From Octopus sinensis (taxonomy: Eukaryota), in the NCBI RefSeq assembly GCF_006345805.1, contig NC_043009.1, positions 45,942,001 through 46,006,000 of the forward strand: a stretch of DNA of 64,000 bases. The letters are read 5' to 3'. The notes under the pieces were generated by a model. It had not been told where the DNA came from, did not search any database, and worked only from the letters and a program-made list of their open reading frames with translations. Position 1 is the first letter of the stretch, and the number at the start of each line of letters is the position of its first letter. Of the stretch, positions 25,601-38,619 are shown piece by piece. The position numbers and the translations under genes were made by a program.

Positions 25601-25741
25601 AATGTTATGAGCAGGAAGGATCTTATAGAAATACTGGCTTCAAGTCGTGATGAAACATATGAATGCAGACTTGGTATTGGAAAAACATCAATTCGTGAAT
25701 ATAATTGCAGAATGGAATTTGAAGTAAAAGAGGATCTTTGA
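25601..25741 (+). CDS. Weak candidate terminal exon of the iGluR
   Basis: ttttctatAG followed by a phase-0 open frame, NVMSRKDLIEILASSRDETYECRLGIGKTSIREYNCRMEFEVKEDL*. No homology recognised. Confidence 0.2.
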   Translation, partial: NVMSRKDLIEILASSRDETYECRLGIGKTSIREYNCRMEFEVKEDL

Positions 25742-26169
25742 GTGACGCTGAATACATCGTATATCGTAATATAATTCTTTTAATTTTGGTTGATACATTT
25801 TCTGGAAAAGAAATTTAGGTCACCGAGATGATGTATTGTAGTTTTGTGACACACACAAACTCACAGATTCATGGCTATTGAAATCACACGTACACACACA
25901 ACACGTACATTGAGATATATTTATACTTGCATACACTTTGTTCCATACATATGTGCACGTGTGTTTGTCTGTGGCATGTACATCTATATCTCATATTTCG
26001 TTGTTGACTTTAATCTTTTCACGTCAAGTTCTTGATCACACTCAATCACTGTCAGAAAGTACAGCAAATCTGTATTCAATGGAAAATATAACAGTGTCCC
26101 AAAATGCTTATGGCCTCTCCACATTCTCACTGGCCTAAACTTTTCTCCGCTTGATATTGGCTGCTCAAA

Positions 26170-26496
26170 AATTGGCTTCCTTCTTGCTGCTCTGCCATAG
26201 TAACCATGTTTGGGGAGATACCTGCCAGATGTTCTGGAACTGACGTCAACCTAGGATTATCCGCTACACTTCTCTTAACAAAGAAGGGTCCTGTCAGAGA
26301 GCCCTGGTCAACTTGGGCGAGATGATGTGGACTCCTTCTCCTCTCTGGTGAATTGCACAATCACTCTATTAACTGTAGAAAGCGGAATCCTAAGGTTTTC
26401 TGCGATTTTGCGCTGATTATATTCACCTTTTGATTGAGCCACAAAATGGCCTCTTTGGAATTCAGACAGTTCCAAGGGTTCTTTTGTAAATTGCAT
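26170..26496 (-). pseudogene. Tc1-like transposase N-terminal (paired-like HTH) remnant
   Basis: [41 protein letters not shown]...RPS*P matches the Tc1 pattern ELS.F.RG.IV...IA..L.IP.STV...R.GRP. Confidence 0.75.
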
Positions 26497-26854
26497 GATT
26501 AAACAGTCACCTGAAACATATAAATGTTAATTAAAAAATATATATATAAACTTTTACAAGTTAGAATAAACATAAAACGATGTTTTGTGGGGTGTCTATT
26601 TATTTCTGTCAAGAATATTCGAACAACTTCATGTAGGATATATGCTCCGATGGTAACCTTGTTTTTATTATGTAATGGATTTGTTACGGTATAAGCCATG
26701 GTTAACCAGAAACATCTGTCAAGAAAAAGTTATTTCGTAACTTCGTTTGTGTATTTGAATTACTTATTTAGTATGGAATACTTTGTACTCCATATAGATA
26801 TCCTCATTAAACTTATATATATATATATATATATATATAAATACACACACACAT

Positions 26855-27003
26855 ATTGAGACTCCCTTCGGTCACGACACAAACCATGGGTTTGCACCTA
26901 GAAAGATACCCTCCCAGGCACAAGTCCGGGCAAGGTTGCTTATGGATGACCAGCAGTCACCCATGCATACTGGCCTCTCATCTCCACACCACCAGTGTTA
27001 TCC
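26855..27003. mobile_element. GC-richer interspersed repeat fragment between microsatellites
   Basis: Sharp composition change (actcccttcggtc...gcacaagtccgggcaagg...ccatgcatac). Family not determined from the window. Confidence 0.4.
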
Positions 27004-27075
27004 TTCACGTACATACACACACACACACCACACACACACACACCACACACACATATATATATATATAATATATAT

Positions 27076-27125
<50 letters not shown>

Positions 27126-27628
27126 TAGATAGATGATAGATAGATAGATAGATAGATAGTTAGATAGATAGGATTAATGTAGTACGAGGATGGAGGATAT
27201 CAGGCTATAATAGTCGATCACTGCGTTTGTTTCTGCACCGCACTTAGCTTAATATGTAGTTATTATATTCATATACCATTCTAGATGATCATTCTTTATA
27301 ATCATTATATAGTTGAATATTTTTCAGTAACAGTCGTGTGTGGGTGCTTCATTGGATGGTGGGGAATATCATGGTATAAGTTAGTATGCGGTGCAGAAAT
27401 AAATGTTGCAATCTACTCTTAAAGCTCGATGTCTCCATTCTCCTTTTGTATAATTCTTGTATTAATCTTATACAAAGTGGAGTTCCGCATATGTATTCAG
27501 CCCTGGAATATTCCCTACTGTATGATAGTATGTGCCAGCCAAATAATGACATAAGGGCTCTTAAATGCACATTAAAAGGTTCTTAGCCGAATTAAAAATA
27601 TATATATATATATATATTATCTCTTTAA

Positions 27629-27835
27629 GAAAAATCATAGAAAGAAAATATCACCAACTTTTCTGAAGGGCTTTTTGGCATTGTATGTCTAAGCAGTTTC
27701 GTTGCTAAGTTTTTCAAAAACCTGTAATATAGAAATACGTGAGTTTTAAAAATTTAGCAACGAAACCGGTTGCGTACGCAATGCGAAAAATTCCTTCCAA
27801 AAATTCGTGTCATTTTTTTTCTAAGAATTTTTTTC
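27629..27835. mobile_element. Palindromic foldback/MITE with arms of about 90 bp
   Basis: gtttcgttgctaagttttt versus aaaaatttagcaacgaaac. Similarity continues outward (tttttggcattg / caatgcgaaaaa). Confidence 0.7.
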
Positions 27836-27844
27836 AAACCATTA

Positions 27845-28283
27845 ATATCGGTGTCCGATGACGACAGAGTCTGTGTTCTTGGCAATGAGAGTCCATGTGA
27901 CTCAGCAGTCCAAAGATGGAAGTACACAGACGCCCACAGATGTCACAGTGATAGTCTGTTGAATGGATTGAGGCAGATGCTGCTCTGCATCGTCTTTTTC
28001 GTGCAGCATCTAGATGCTGTCGCCAGTCTTCTTCGAAGGTAGCTGCTACTCGTGAGGTAAGCAATCTCCATACTGATCTGTCTGCGACAGAGGCTTCGAG
28101 GTCGCGTGGACTGATGGCGCTCCATTTGAGGTTACTTTTTAGAGTGTCTTTGTACCTCAGTTTAGGTCTTACGTTTGTGTGAACCCTTCGTGAGCTCGCT
28201 GTGCAACAGTTGTCTGAGTAGACAGTTGTCAGTCATTCTGATGACATGGTCAGTCCAGCGTAACTGAGCCTTCAGTAACAGTT
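27845..28283 (-). mobile_element. RTE-clade LINE 3' fragment with a C-terminal C2H2 finger
   Basis: LLKAQLRWTDHVIRMTDNCLLRQLLHSEL...RPKLRYKDTLKSNLK...DRSVWR...FEEDWR...CDICGRLCTSIFGLLSHMDSH, with frameshifts. Confidence 0.88.
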
Positions 28284-28644
28284 AATATTTTTAAGAAAAT
28301 CATTCTTCAAATATTGAAACGATATCAAGTATTTTTGGCAAAACCTATTACACAAAGTTTTGCAACAATCATATGTGTATGTGTATTACCCTCTCCAACA
28401 CACCCGCAAATTATCAATATGTTTATCGGTTAGAAAGTATTTGACCTTCTTTAGTATTTTTCTGGTGTTAGATCGAATATCATTTACTTCGATCTAACAC
28501 CAGGTGTCTGATCATCTTGTTTTCTAAAAAGAAAACGAAAAACAAGACAAAGTAAAGCATGATTTCTTCTTGCTACGCCATTTATATTAGCTATACGGTT
28601 AAGTGTTGATTGCTTTCCTATCCAGTCAGAACTTCTACAAAGTT

Positions 28645-28689
<45 letters not shown>

Positions 28690-30143
28690 CTGTCTTTTCA
28701 AAGTACATCTATGCTATTTCGAAATAGATACTATAACAATGTAATCCACAACCACACTGCGAGCCTTATCCTTAACATCAAGCTGCGTGGTTAGTTCATA
28801 TTCTTTTTTTCTAACCACTTCTCTACTCTAAAAAACCTACTTAAGTACGTTCATTACCAATGTGACTTATAGAGATAGTCGGTACGGATGCTAGCTATGC
28901 TCTATGGAAACTTATAAAGTTTTTAAGTATATGGCAACCTGGTTAATAATAGATTAGACCTAAAGGTATCATGTGTACATAGTGTCACTCGTACATTTAA
29001 ATTAGTGTTTATAGGTGCTGCACTTGAACATAGACAGGAGAAATTAATTTAACGCCGTATATGATGAGAACTTACTCGCTAGTATTATATATAATTTATA
29101 TATATTCTCTTACTTACTATTTCCTATAATTTCTTATTATTGCGTTTTCCTATTTTGGTATCTTTACCTATTAACCTTTTATCTCTTATAAGTTATTAAT
29201 GTTCTTAAAGAGAAATATAAACTTTCTAGTTACTTAAGTCTAGAAGATTATAGCCTACCCATAATAAAGTACAAATATTTGTGTATATTCGCATGTGTGC
29301 ACATAGTTATTATATGTGTATATATCTGCGCACAACTTATTTTTCCGATTTTTTTCTGCTTCTTAGCTTATAACTAATATAAAGATATCATGATTTATCG
29401 TCCAGGTATTCCATAAGTAAATACGCAGAGCAATCTTTATAGAAACCACCTTAAAAGTAAATAATTAAGTACTACTATTAATACTAAACTAATTCTACGT
29501 AATCTTACCTTTCTAATGTTGAAAATTGGTATATATACACATTTTGTCTATTCTGGTTATAATATCATTTTTAGTAATCTGAAATTTTATCTACATACAA
29601 CATTACAATATTGTTTATATACAATCATCCATAGTACCCTATGATAATTTCCTCTCATCATAGGTTTTATTAGTGTCTTGCTCCTTTAACTGGTAATTAA
29701 CATCTTGATTTAGGGTCTTCCCCCACCCAACCTCCTTTATAGACAGTTACTTATAAATTTTCTAAATCCTGACAATATTTACGAACACACCCAACTATAA
29801 ACTGTCAACTCACTCCGTCAATCCATTCTAAACAAACACTGTCTTCTAGCCTTAGATTTGGTAGTTGATAAAAAAAAAGACTAATAAATTAAACGTGAAC
29901 CACAAACATTCAAAGGCTATGACCCTAACAAACTTCATACAGTTCATAAAAGTGTAGTATATTCTGAGTCACATTAGTAACAACATGGACTTTCTCCTTT
30001 TTGCTCGGTTGGAGAATTTGAGTAAAATCATATTAATATATTCAACTGATTAAAGATTTCTATATATTTATGCGGCTGAGGATAGCTCAGCATTTAAATT
30101 GATATAATGATTGCATTGTTCAATTAAATATATGTGTGGTGTT

Positions 30144-30209
<66 letters not shown>

Positions 30210-30676
30210 TTATCATTTATGTATAAATATATATGTATATATATATATATGTATATATGTGTATATGTATATGTATATGTATGTTTAGGCATGCATGTAT
30301 ATATATGTATATTCATGTATGCACATATATATGCATAATAGTATGCATATATATGCATGTATATATGTATATGTATGCATGCATAAATATATATGTGTGT
30401 ATGTATTTATGCATATTTATGTATGTATGTATATATATATTTATATATGTATATATATAAATGTATATGTATATTTATATATATTTGTATATATATAGAT
30501 ATATGAATATATGTATATGTATATATATATATAAATATATATATACATATATACATATATACATACATATATATATACATATATACATACATGTATATAC
30601 ATACATATAGATACATACATATATATATACATACACATATATATATATATATGGTGACATAATATATTTACATATA

Positions 30677-30742
<66 letters not shown>

Positions 30743-30968
30743 CAGTGGCGGACTGGGTCTAAAAATACACTGCTATCATTTATTTATTTGTTAAAAGTAT
30801 TCTTTTCAACTGTCTACAAACACACCCAGGCTGAAGTAGTTAATGCATTATTCCAGGAGTGAATGAAAATTCTGAAACTCGAGGGGATTGGCCCCCATAT
30901 ATGAATTCTCATGGCGTAGGGGCCCACTTGCCATCGAGCAAGCTGGCAACTTGGCCAGGCCGTCACTG
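30743..30968. mobile_element. Short hAT-like MITE
   Basis: TIRs cagtggcggactgg / ccaggccgtcactg (12/14 match). An 8-bp TSD is not preserved. Confidence 0.5.
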
Positions 30969-31062
30969 TTCATATGTATTGTTTATATATAAATATCTAC
31001 GTATGCATATATGTGTGCATGTATGTTTATATATGTTTATGTGTATATATATATATATATAT

Positions 31063-31267
31063 AGTTAATCCAAACATGGGAGCACAAAAAAACACAACAA
31101 CGCGAGGACGTGGAACAAATATGGTATTATTGGATTCTCAGGAAAGAAGGAAAGAAGGAGGGTTTAACGTTTCGAGAGGAGCTCTTCATCGGAAACATAG
31201 GAGAAGGAAAGATCCAGGGAAGGGAAGACAGAGGAAAAAAATCGCCAACGGTACACACGCGGTCACC
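31063..31267 (-). mobile_element. Penelope-like terminal-repeat fragment inserted in (TA)n
   Basis: Carries a hammerhead-like core followed by a pyrimidine-rich tract; bounded by (TA)n. Confidence 0.6.
31162..31196 (-). ncRNA. Minimal type I hammerhead-ribozyme-like motif (variant core)
   Basis: GUUU-CCGAUGA-A-GAG-cuccu-CUC-GAAACGUU-AAAC. Stem I GUUU/AAAC, stem II GAG/CUC, palindromic AACGUU in place of stem III. The core has C at U4. Confidence 0.5.
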
Positions 31268-32194
31268 ATATATATATATATGCATCTATTTATATATGTA
31301 TATGTATGTATGTGGATATCTATATATGTATATATATATATATGTTTTTTTTTTGTATATTCAGACAGACACACACACACAACACACAAAATATGTGTGT
31401 GTGTGTGTGTGTACGTATCATCACCATCATTGTGTTTACCCTACTCAGAATCGCATAACTCTATTCGCCCACCTAACTCTATCATGCCATGCGACAGCAC
31501 ATCTCAGTGACGTCGGATGTTTTTTATGCCTTGATCAACTTACGTTTCCGCAGAGTGGAGGAAGGTCAATATAATTTTGACAATGCCAAGTTGTTCATAT
31601 TTAAGTGTCTGTAATACATGCTTAATATCACTTGGAATATCTGCTGGTCGGTATCATCTTGCATAGCATCGAATATTTTGGTTTGGCTAGTATCCATGTG
31701 CACGCGTTATTTATCACTACAGAATCAACCACTAAACAGAAGATTTATTTCTGATTTTCTGAAAGTTTAGATGTTCTTATTATGGTCAAAATTTTAAGTG
31801 CAACTTTAGCATTGCTAATACAAATCTTAACACCCGATTCTCAAGATACTCTCGCAGTAAAAACGTCATTTGCTGGATTTACTGAGCTTTCAGATAATGA
31901 CATGACGTTTCTGTTGAAATGCCAATAACTCCCGTGGCATTACCAGACTGTGAAATAAGATGGTGGATTCTTACAATGATACTGGATATTAAAGCTAAAT
32001 CATCAGAGTAATAAACATCTCTTATTGAGGAGGCTGATATTTATGATGTCATGGTGTGAAGGCCAAATCATATTCGTTGCTGTAATCCGGACAACAGAGA
32101 ATAGAAAGCAAGGGGGATGTCGAAAGAAATCTGTGATTTGGTTAAGTGAACGCACCTTAAGAAAAATCACTATAGGTGCATGCACACACACATA

Positions 32195-32259
<65 letters not shown>

Positions 32260-33016
32260 CAGTATAGCAGTGTATCATTGACGTAAAAATTCCATTTCTG
32301 AGAAATGAATAGGCCTTAATCAGCCATTGATTTATATTGCTGATTAGAAAAGCCAAACTTCCAGTCTATTTATCACATTTGTGTGAGATTTATAAGTATT
32401 GATTGATCGACAAGGTCGGTAATGAAGGCGTGACGGCGTTGATATAGTTGTGTGTGTGTGTATGTGTTTGTGTGTATGTGTATATGTGTGTGTCTGTACA
32501 TTTGTAGCCAGGATACCTCATGATATAAAATAGCTTTCAGACTAGTAAATAGTAATAGAATTCAGTGGTTTTAACAAGTAATATTGAATATTAGTCCGAA
32601 AGGACATTGAGTCAAATGAATCAGTTAATCGACGGAGCCAATACTCTACATTACGTGTAATGTGCTAAAGGTATATTCATCGAGCTGCATAATTTATTCA
32701 AATTCTCGTATTTCAAAATATAACACACTCCGACATTCATATAAGTACAAATGATGCGTTGGGGTCGATGCATCGCAAAGTGTGGTTTCTCCTGTTACGT
32801 AGTACGTAATGGGGAAGATTATTTCATTTAAATTTACCTCCTGCTCTATATTGTGATACCAAAAGACGTCTTTGGACATATATTTTTTTTGTTAGATAAT
32901 ACATGATGACAAGTGTTTTTCAGGTCCCCTAGATTCTGAGGTTCAAGGACAGCTGGATGAAGTTAATCCGGTTAATTATTAGCATGTAGTTATATATATT
33001 TTAATTAATAGCGAAA

Positions 33017-33180
33017 GAGTGGCTTTGTGTGAAGTAGCTTTCTTACCAACCACATGGTTCCGGGTTCATTTCCACTGCGTGTCACCTTGGGCAAGTGTCT
33101 TCTGCTATAACCCCGGGTCGACCAAAGCCTTGTGAGTGGATTTGATAGGCGGAAACTGAAAGAAGCCCGTCGTATATATG

Positions 33181-33211
<31 letters not shown>

Positions 33212-33376
33212 TTATGTGTTTGTGTTTGTCCCCCCAAGATCGCTTGACAACCGATGCTGGTGTGTTTACGTCCCCATAACTTAGCGGTTCGGCAAGAGAC
33301 CGATAGAATAAATACTACGCTTCCAAAGAATAAGTCCTGGGATCGATTTGCTCGACTAAAGGCGGTGCTCCAGCAT
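33017..33376 (+). mobile_element. SINE family A
   Basis: Colinear with the reverse complement of 4465-4869; tail missing. Confidence 0.88.
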
Positions 33377-33757
33377 TCTTTTCCCCATTACAACAAAGTT
33401 TGTTCTTGACTGGGGACTGATTAGGCGTCTGAATCAATTTTGGAGATTTTATTGACTTTATGCTCATGAAATCCAAAGCTGAACCACCAGTATTTGATGT
33501 ACGCAGTGGAAAACTAAGTACTCTAAAGTATTCAACTTTGGAGCGCCAGTTCGACCTCAGCAAATATTTTGAGTCTGGTAATTAAGCTATCGTTCAGTTT
33601 TTTCTGAGCCTCTTAAGGTACGAGGAATTAAACAATAAAACACTGAAGTAAGCAGTATAGGATGGGCTTCCACAGTTTACATCTATGAAACTCACTCATA
33701 ATTTTTATTCCATTTACCGTTAAAATATTTTTAAAAACATTACAGCCTTGACTAGAT

Positions 33758-33909
33758 GTGGCTGTGTGGCAAGTAGCTTGCTTACCAATCACATGTTTCC
33801 GGATTCAGTTTCACAGCGTGGGACTTTGGGCAGGTGTCTTTTACTATAGCCTCACGCCGACTAAAGCCTTGTGAGTAGATTTGATAGACGGAAACTGAAA
33901 GAAGCCCGT

Positions 33910-33948
<39 letters not shown>

Positions 33949-34185
33949 TATATATATATGTATCTGTGTGTCTTTATCTCTGTTTGTCCCCACAACACCG
34001 CTTGACAACCGGTGCTGGTGTGTCTGCGTCGCCGTCAACCAGTGGTTCGGCAAAGATATCGATAGAATAAGCACCAGACTTAAAAATATATAAATACTGG
34101 TGTCGATTCATTCGGTTAAAAATTGAAAGAGGTGCTTCAACATGACCGCACTCTAATGACTGAAACAAGTAAAAGAATAAAAGAA
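33758..34185 (+). mobile_element. SINE family A
   Basis: gtggctgtgtgg head through tgactgaaacaagtaaaagaataaaag tail. Confidence 0.88.
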
Positions 34186-35999
34186 TATAATAATTCAGAT
34201 ATTTAGTATTTAATTTTAAAATATAATAAGACCTATATAAGACATATAGAAAATACTATAAGACGTACGGTGCATTTTTAAAACTCAAATTTACCTCATA
34301 AGTGGATTTCATTTTAAAGAAGATCGAAATTTTTTTGCCATAGAGCTCTAAGCTAATGCTTGCCTGATTCCATTCATCATGTTATCTCTGCACCTGTATT
34401 TTAATTCAGTAAACTACCAAAATATTAATGTTTTCATTTGTGAATGCTAAGCTTAACACGGTCGAAAGAGCCACTCCGAAACATACTAATGGATTTACAA
34501 TCTGTGTATCGAAGATGATTGAAAGATATTAGAAGTTCATGTTATAAGACATTCATGCAGAATCAAAGAAACTTAGAAAAATTACAATTGAACCAAAACA
34601 AATCTTTTATATCTTAATATATTTTATCCGAAACCTAGTAAAGCTGCCTTGTTAGAAATGCATTTTAGTGTAATCTAAATTATTAACCCCTAAACTTTAT
34701 GGTTCAGTTTCTTAATCGATGCGTATTTATTATTTAGTAGCAGCTGATTTTAGATATAGAAAATAAACAGTTGCTTCCAAGTCATATTTTGTGTGTGTGT
34801 GTGTGTGTGTGTGTCTGTCTGTCTGCCTGTCTCCCCCGCCTCTCTCTAGCTCTCTCTCTCTCTCTCTTAAAAGTTTGTTCTATAGAGCACAGAAAATATT
34901 CGTATCTTCATATCTTTAAATCTAATGCTTTGAAAGTTACGGACAGATATTCCAAGTAAACTCTATCTTCAATAATTCAGTTTGTCTTCTACTCCAAAAA
35001 TATCTTCCATGCAGCAACACATACAATATACACAGATCGGTTAAACTAATGCACAAATGAAACAAAAAAATCTGTACTGATTAAGGGAAAGATGAGTTTA
35101 CTTTATATACACTTAAAGGCATTTTAACGACGAAATCAAGAATGTAGAAAAGAAATACAAACGTATGATGAAATATCAATAAGTTAGTTTAAAAGGGTTA
35201 TACCTTTTACCATTAGTTTTATATTTTCTGAGATATGCTCTGCATGAAAGATACTCTATCTCCTTCATATGATGTCCCGTGTCTAACCATTACTGGTTAG
35301 AAACGATTCGCTTGACAAGATGGTAATGCTATAAAAGCGCAGTGCGATGCAGAAAAAATATCAATACATAACATTCCTGGTAGAATTCCTCTATTGAAAA
35401 TTGGTCTCATGATGGATTTTGTTCTATAAATACGAACCAGCTTACCAACACCGTTGAATAACAAATTGCCTCGACTCTGGTGATGTAAAAGGTCAGAGCA
35501 CAGACAGCAGTCTTTTAATAAATCCTTTCAACAAAAGCTAGCCACATATTTACAATACCTCATTAAATTGGCTATTGAAAAGCACTTTAAACTAAACCAA
35601 AAATAGTAACTATAAACAGCGAAAATTCTTTTGATATTTTCTACACAACTATTTATCAGCTGTGTCTCTTCAAATATATTCACCGTCTTATAGCAAGTAG
35701 CAAAGCACGAGGAAGAAGCGTTCAAATAAGACAAGATTTCGAATCACGGTTAGAGCTATTTCAGTTAAATAATTTCTCTAACGACGTTAAGTACGCCGTA
35801 AACACGATAACATCCTTTTATCACACGCATTTATAAAGCAATATTATTAGCCAATGTGAGACCAATGTGAACAGTGGTTCTGTGGTAAGCACCATAGAGA
35901 AGATATAGAGTAACAGATCACAAAGTTAGGCGACTTTATTTCGAATTTTTTTAACGGCTTCCTGTCATTTTATCGTACTCATATAAATATAAGCTTTCT

Positions 36000-36422
36000 C
36001 GGATCCTTTCGGTTTGAACGGCAGTTTTTTCTAGCGGTGTCATATGAAATTGTCACCTATAATTATGACCCTAGTATCGATCTATTGCATTTCAATCTTT
36101 ATTAGGGTTAGGGTTAGGGTTAGGGGTGAGGGGAAGGGTATCTTTTTTTCTTCACAAATGTAAATAAACCCCAATCTGTTTCTTAAAGGAGGGACATATT
36201 CATACGGCACAGATGCTTTTTAATTCAATAGACGTCACTGATTGGTTGAAATTGCAGAAATTGAAGAAAAAACAACAAATATCTTACAAACTATAGAATT
36301 TTCTCAATAAAGCCAAGAGAAAAAGATGTTTCATAAACACATTCTACCAGTATACGAAGTTTAAAATTTTTTAGTTACCTAGAAATTATGTTAAAAACTG
36401 CCGTTCAAACTGAAAAGATCCG
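36000..36422. mobile_element. Non-autonomous TIR transposon with long TSD and internal (TTAGGG)4
   Basis: TIRs of about 30 bp (cggatcctttcggtttgaacggcagttttt / aaaaactgccgttcaaactgaaaagatccg). TSD atataagctttct at 35987-99 and 36423-35. TTAGGG x4 at 36102-25. Confidence 0.88.
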
Positions 36423-36776
36423 ATATAAGCTTTCTCTTGCTCTCTCTCTCTCTCTCTCTCTCTCTGTCTTTCAATCTTTCTGGCACGCAGGCACGCTCAG
36501 GCGGCACACATACACACACATACACACGCACACACACTCAAGCATGCACGCACATACACAAATACCACACACACATACACACACACAGAGAGACATACAC
36601 ACACTGTTTTTCTTTCTTCCTCTCTTCAAGCCCAAACGTGCAAAACTTGAAGTTCCAATCAAATCAATATTACAAAGAAATGTTGCTTTACTTAAATGTA
36701 AAGATTTTCCCGATCAGTAATGCTTTGTTTTCTTCGCGTTACTCAACAATACCAAATAATACATTCATACATTGAA

Positions 36777-36808
<32 letters not shown>

Positions 36809-36991
36809 CGTATAAATGTATATGCATATGTGATAAAAGGATGTTATCGTGTTTACGGCTTACTTGTTAGAGAAATTATTTAACTGAAATAGCTCTAACC
36901 GTGATTCGAAATCTTGTCTTATTTGAACGCTTCTTTCTCTTGCTTTGCTACTTGCTATAAGACGGTGAATATATACATATACATTTATACT

Positions 36992-37444
36992 TTTGAGAAA
37001 TCTCGAGTTGCACATGAGAAAGTAAGGAGGGATGTCAGGAAGGGCATCCAGAAGGGAAGGGTCTTCCTTTGATTCTGACATGCAATGTCTGTGCAAGACC
37101 CTGCCTCAGTAAAGCTGGACTCATGAGTCATCTTCGTAGTCATAAAACGAGGCAGATGAGTGACAACCTGGCCTCTGGTGGTAGTGTAACACACCATACT
37201 AATCATATCTATCGGGCATGTGGAAGAGAGTGTAATTCGGCAGGAAGACTTAAACGACATGCAAAGGTACATGAAGCCCAGTTACAACTACAGCCGGCTA
37301 TTACCAGTAAAAGTTTTAGTTGCCAATTTTGTACAAGACATTGTAGATCTTTAGCTGGGCTAAAAAGTCACATTCGATCACAGCACCAGTAACAGTTAAG
37401 CTTCGTGCAATGGCCATACTCGATAACGATAGGGCAGCCATAAT
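36992..37444 (+). mobile_element. RTE-like LINE 3' end encoding three C2H2 fingers
   Basis: FEKSRVAHEKVRRDVRKG, then a frameshift into CNVCARPCLSKAGLMSHLRSH / ACGRECNSAGRLKRHAKVH / CQFCTRHCRSLAGLKSHIRSQH. Same FE..R...finger layout as 27845-28283. Short 3' UTR. Confidence 0.75.
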
Positions 37445-37730
37445 AAGATGATTGCTTCCCAATTACATGGTTTCAACTTCAGTCCCACTGCGATGCATCT
37501 TGGACAAGTGTCTTCTGCTATGGTCTCGGGAGAAGCAAAGCCTTGTGGATGGAATTGGTGGTTTGAATGAAAGAAACTGAAATGTATGTATGTATGTATG
37601 TATGTATATGTGTATATGTGTGTGTGGGTGTTTGTGTGTGTGTGTGTGTATGTGTGTGCGTGTGTGTGTAGGTAAGAGTTTGAGCCTGTGTGTATCTTTG
37701 TGATTTTGTCACCAACCAGCACTTGACAAC
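37445..37730 (+). mobile_element. SINE family A, partial
   Basis: ttgcttcccaa...ttcagtcccactgcg...caagtgtcttctgctat...cttgacaacc. Confidence 0.8.
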
Positions 37731-37741
37731 CATATATATAT

Positions 37742-37826
<85 letters not shown>

Positions 37827-37832
37827 TATGTA

Positions 37833-37899
<67 letters not shown>

Positions 37900-38619
37900 A
37901 TATATATATATATATGCATACATGTATATGGATGTATATTACGTATTTTATCTTGTATGATATATTTTCCATGTTTTCAAATGTATTTTGTCACTCTTCT
38001 GAGGTTTTTTACGCTTGTCCCCTCTTGCACTTCTTTATGGAATAAGTTTCATTTTGTGGGGGATCTTACCTATATAATACCATATATACATGCACGCGCG
38101 CACACACATACATTCTCACAATCCTTTGTAGTAAATCAATATATTAATGATGTTATTAAGGTCAGCATTTTGTATTCTCAAGTAGATTATTTTTCAGTCT
38201 TTCGCTGTGTTTCATTAAATTAGAATAGCAAAGATTTTTCATTCAGTTCCAATATGAAATTCAATTTGCTTTTTCTTTTAATATCATCATAATGAATGTA
38301 ATGAGGTATATTTCGTATCTGTACGTAAATTACATTTTTAATCACAAGAAATAGAGGTGTATAGCTGCATAAGCGAAAGTGTCTCTCTATAGACTGAAGA
38401 ATATATGATTCACGAGACTTTGTAGCTATGTAGGAAATAGATTCTCATTCCGTTGTATAAACACTGACCATTATTCCTCGAAGATCGATAATAAGTAAAT
38501 AGCAGTGTCGTTTTAATCGACTGTACGCCATGCCAAAATGTGCGGCATATATAAGAAAACAATATCTCTGTCTAATCTTGTGCCTGTATAAGAAGAATCA
38601 ATATTATTGTTATTTGGTA

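Noticed and set aside
36102-36125. Telomere or chromosome-fusion relic
   Set aside because: Only four units, lying inside a TIR/TSD-bounded transposon.
37069-37392. Host C2H2 zinc-finger gene
   Set aside because: No TGEKP linkers, a frameshifted RTE-like upstream segment and a short retroelement-like 3' end. Treated as a LINE tail.
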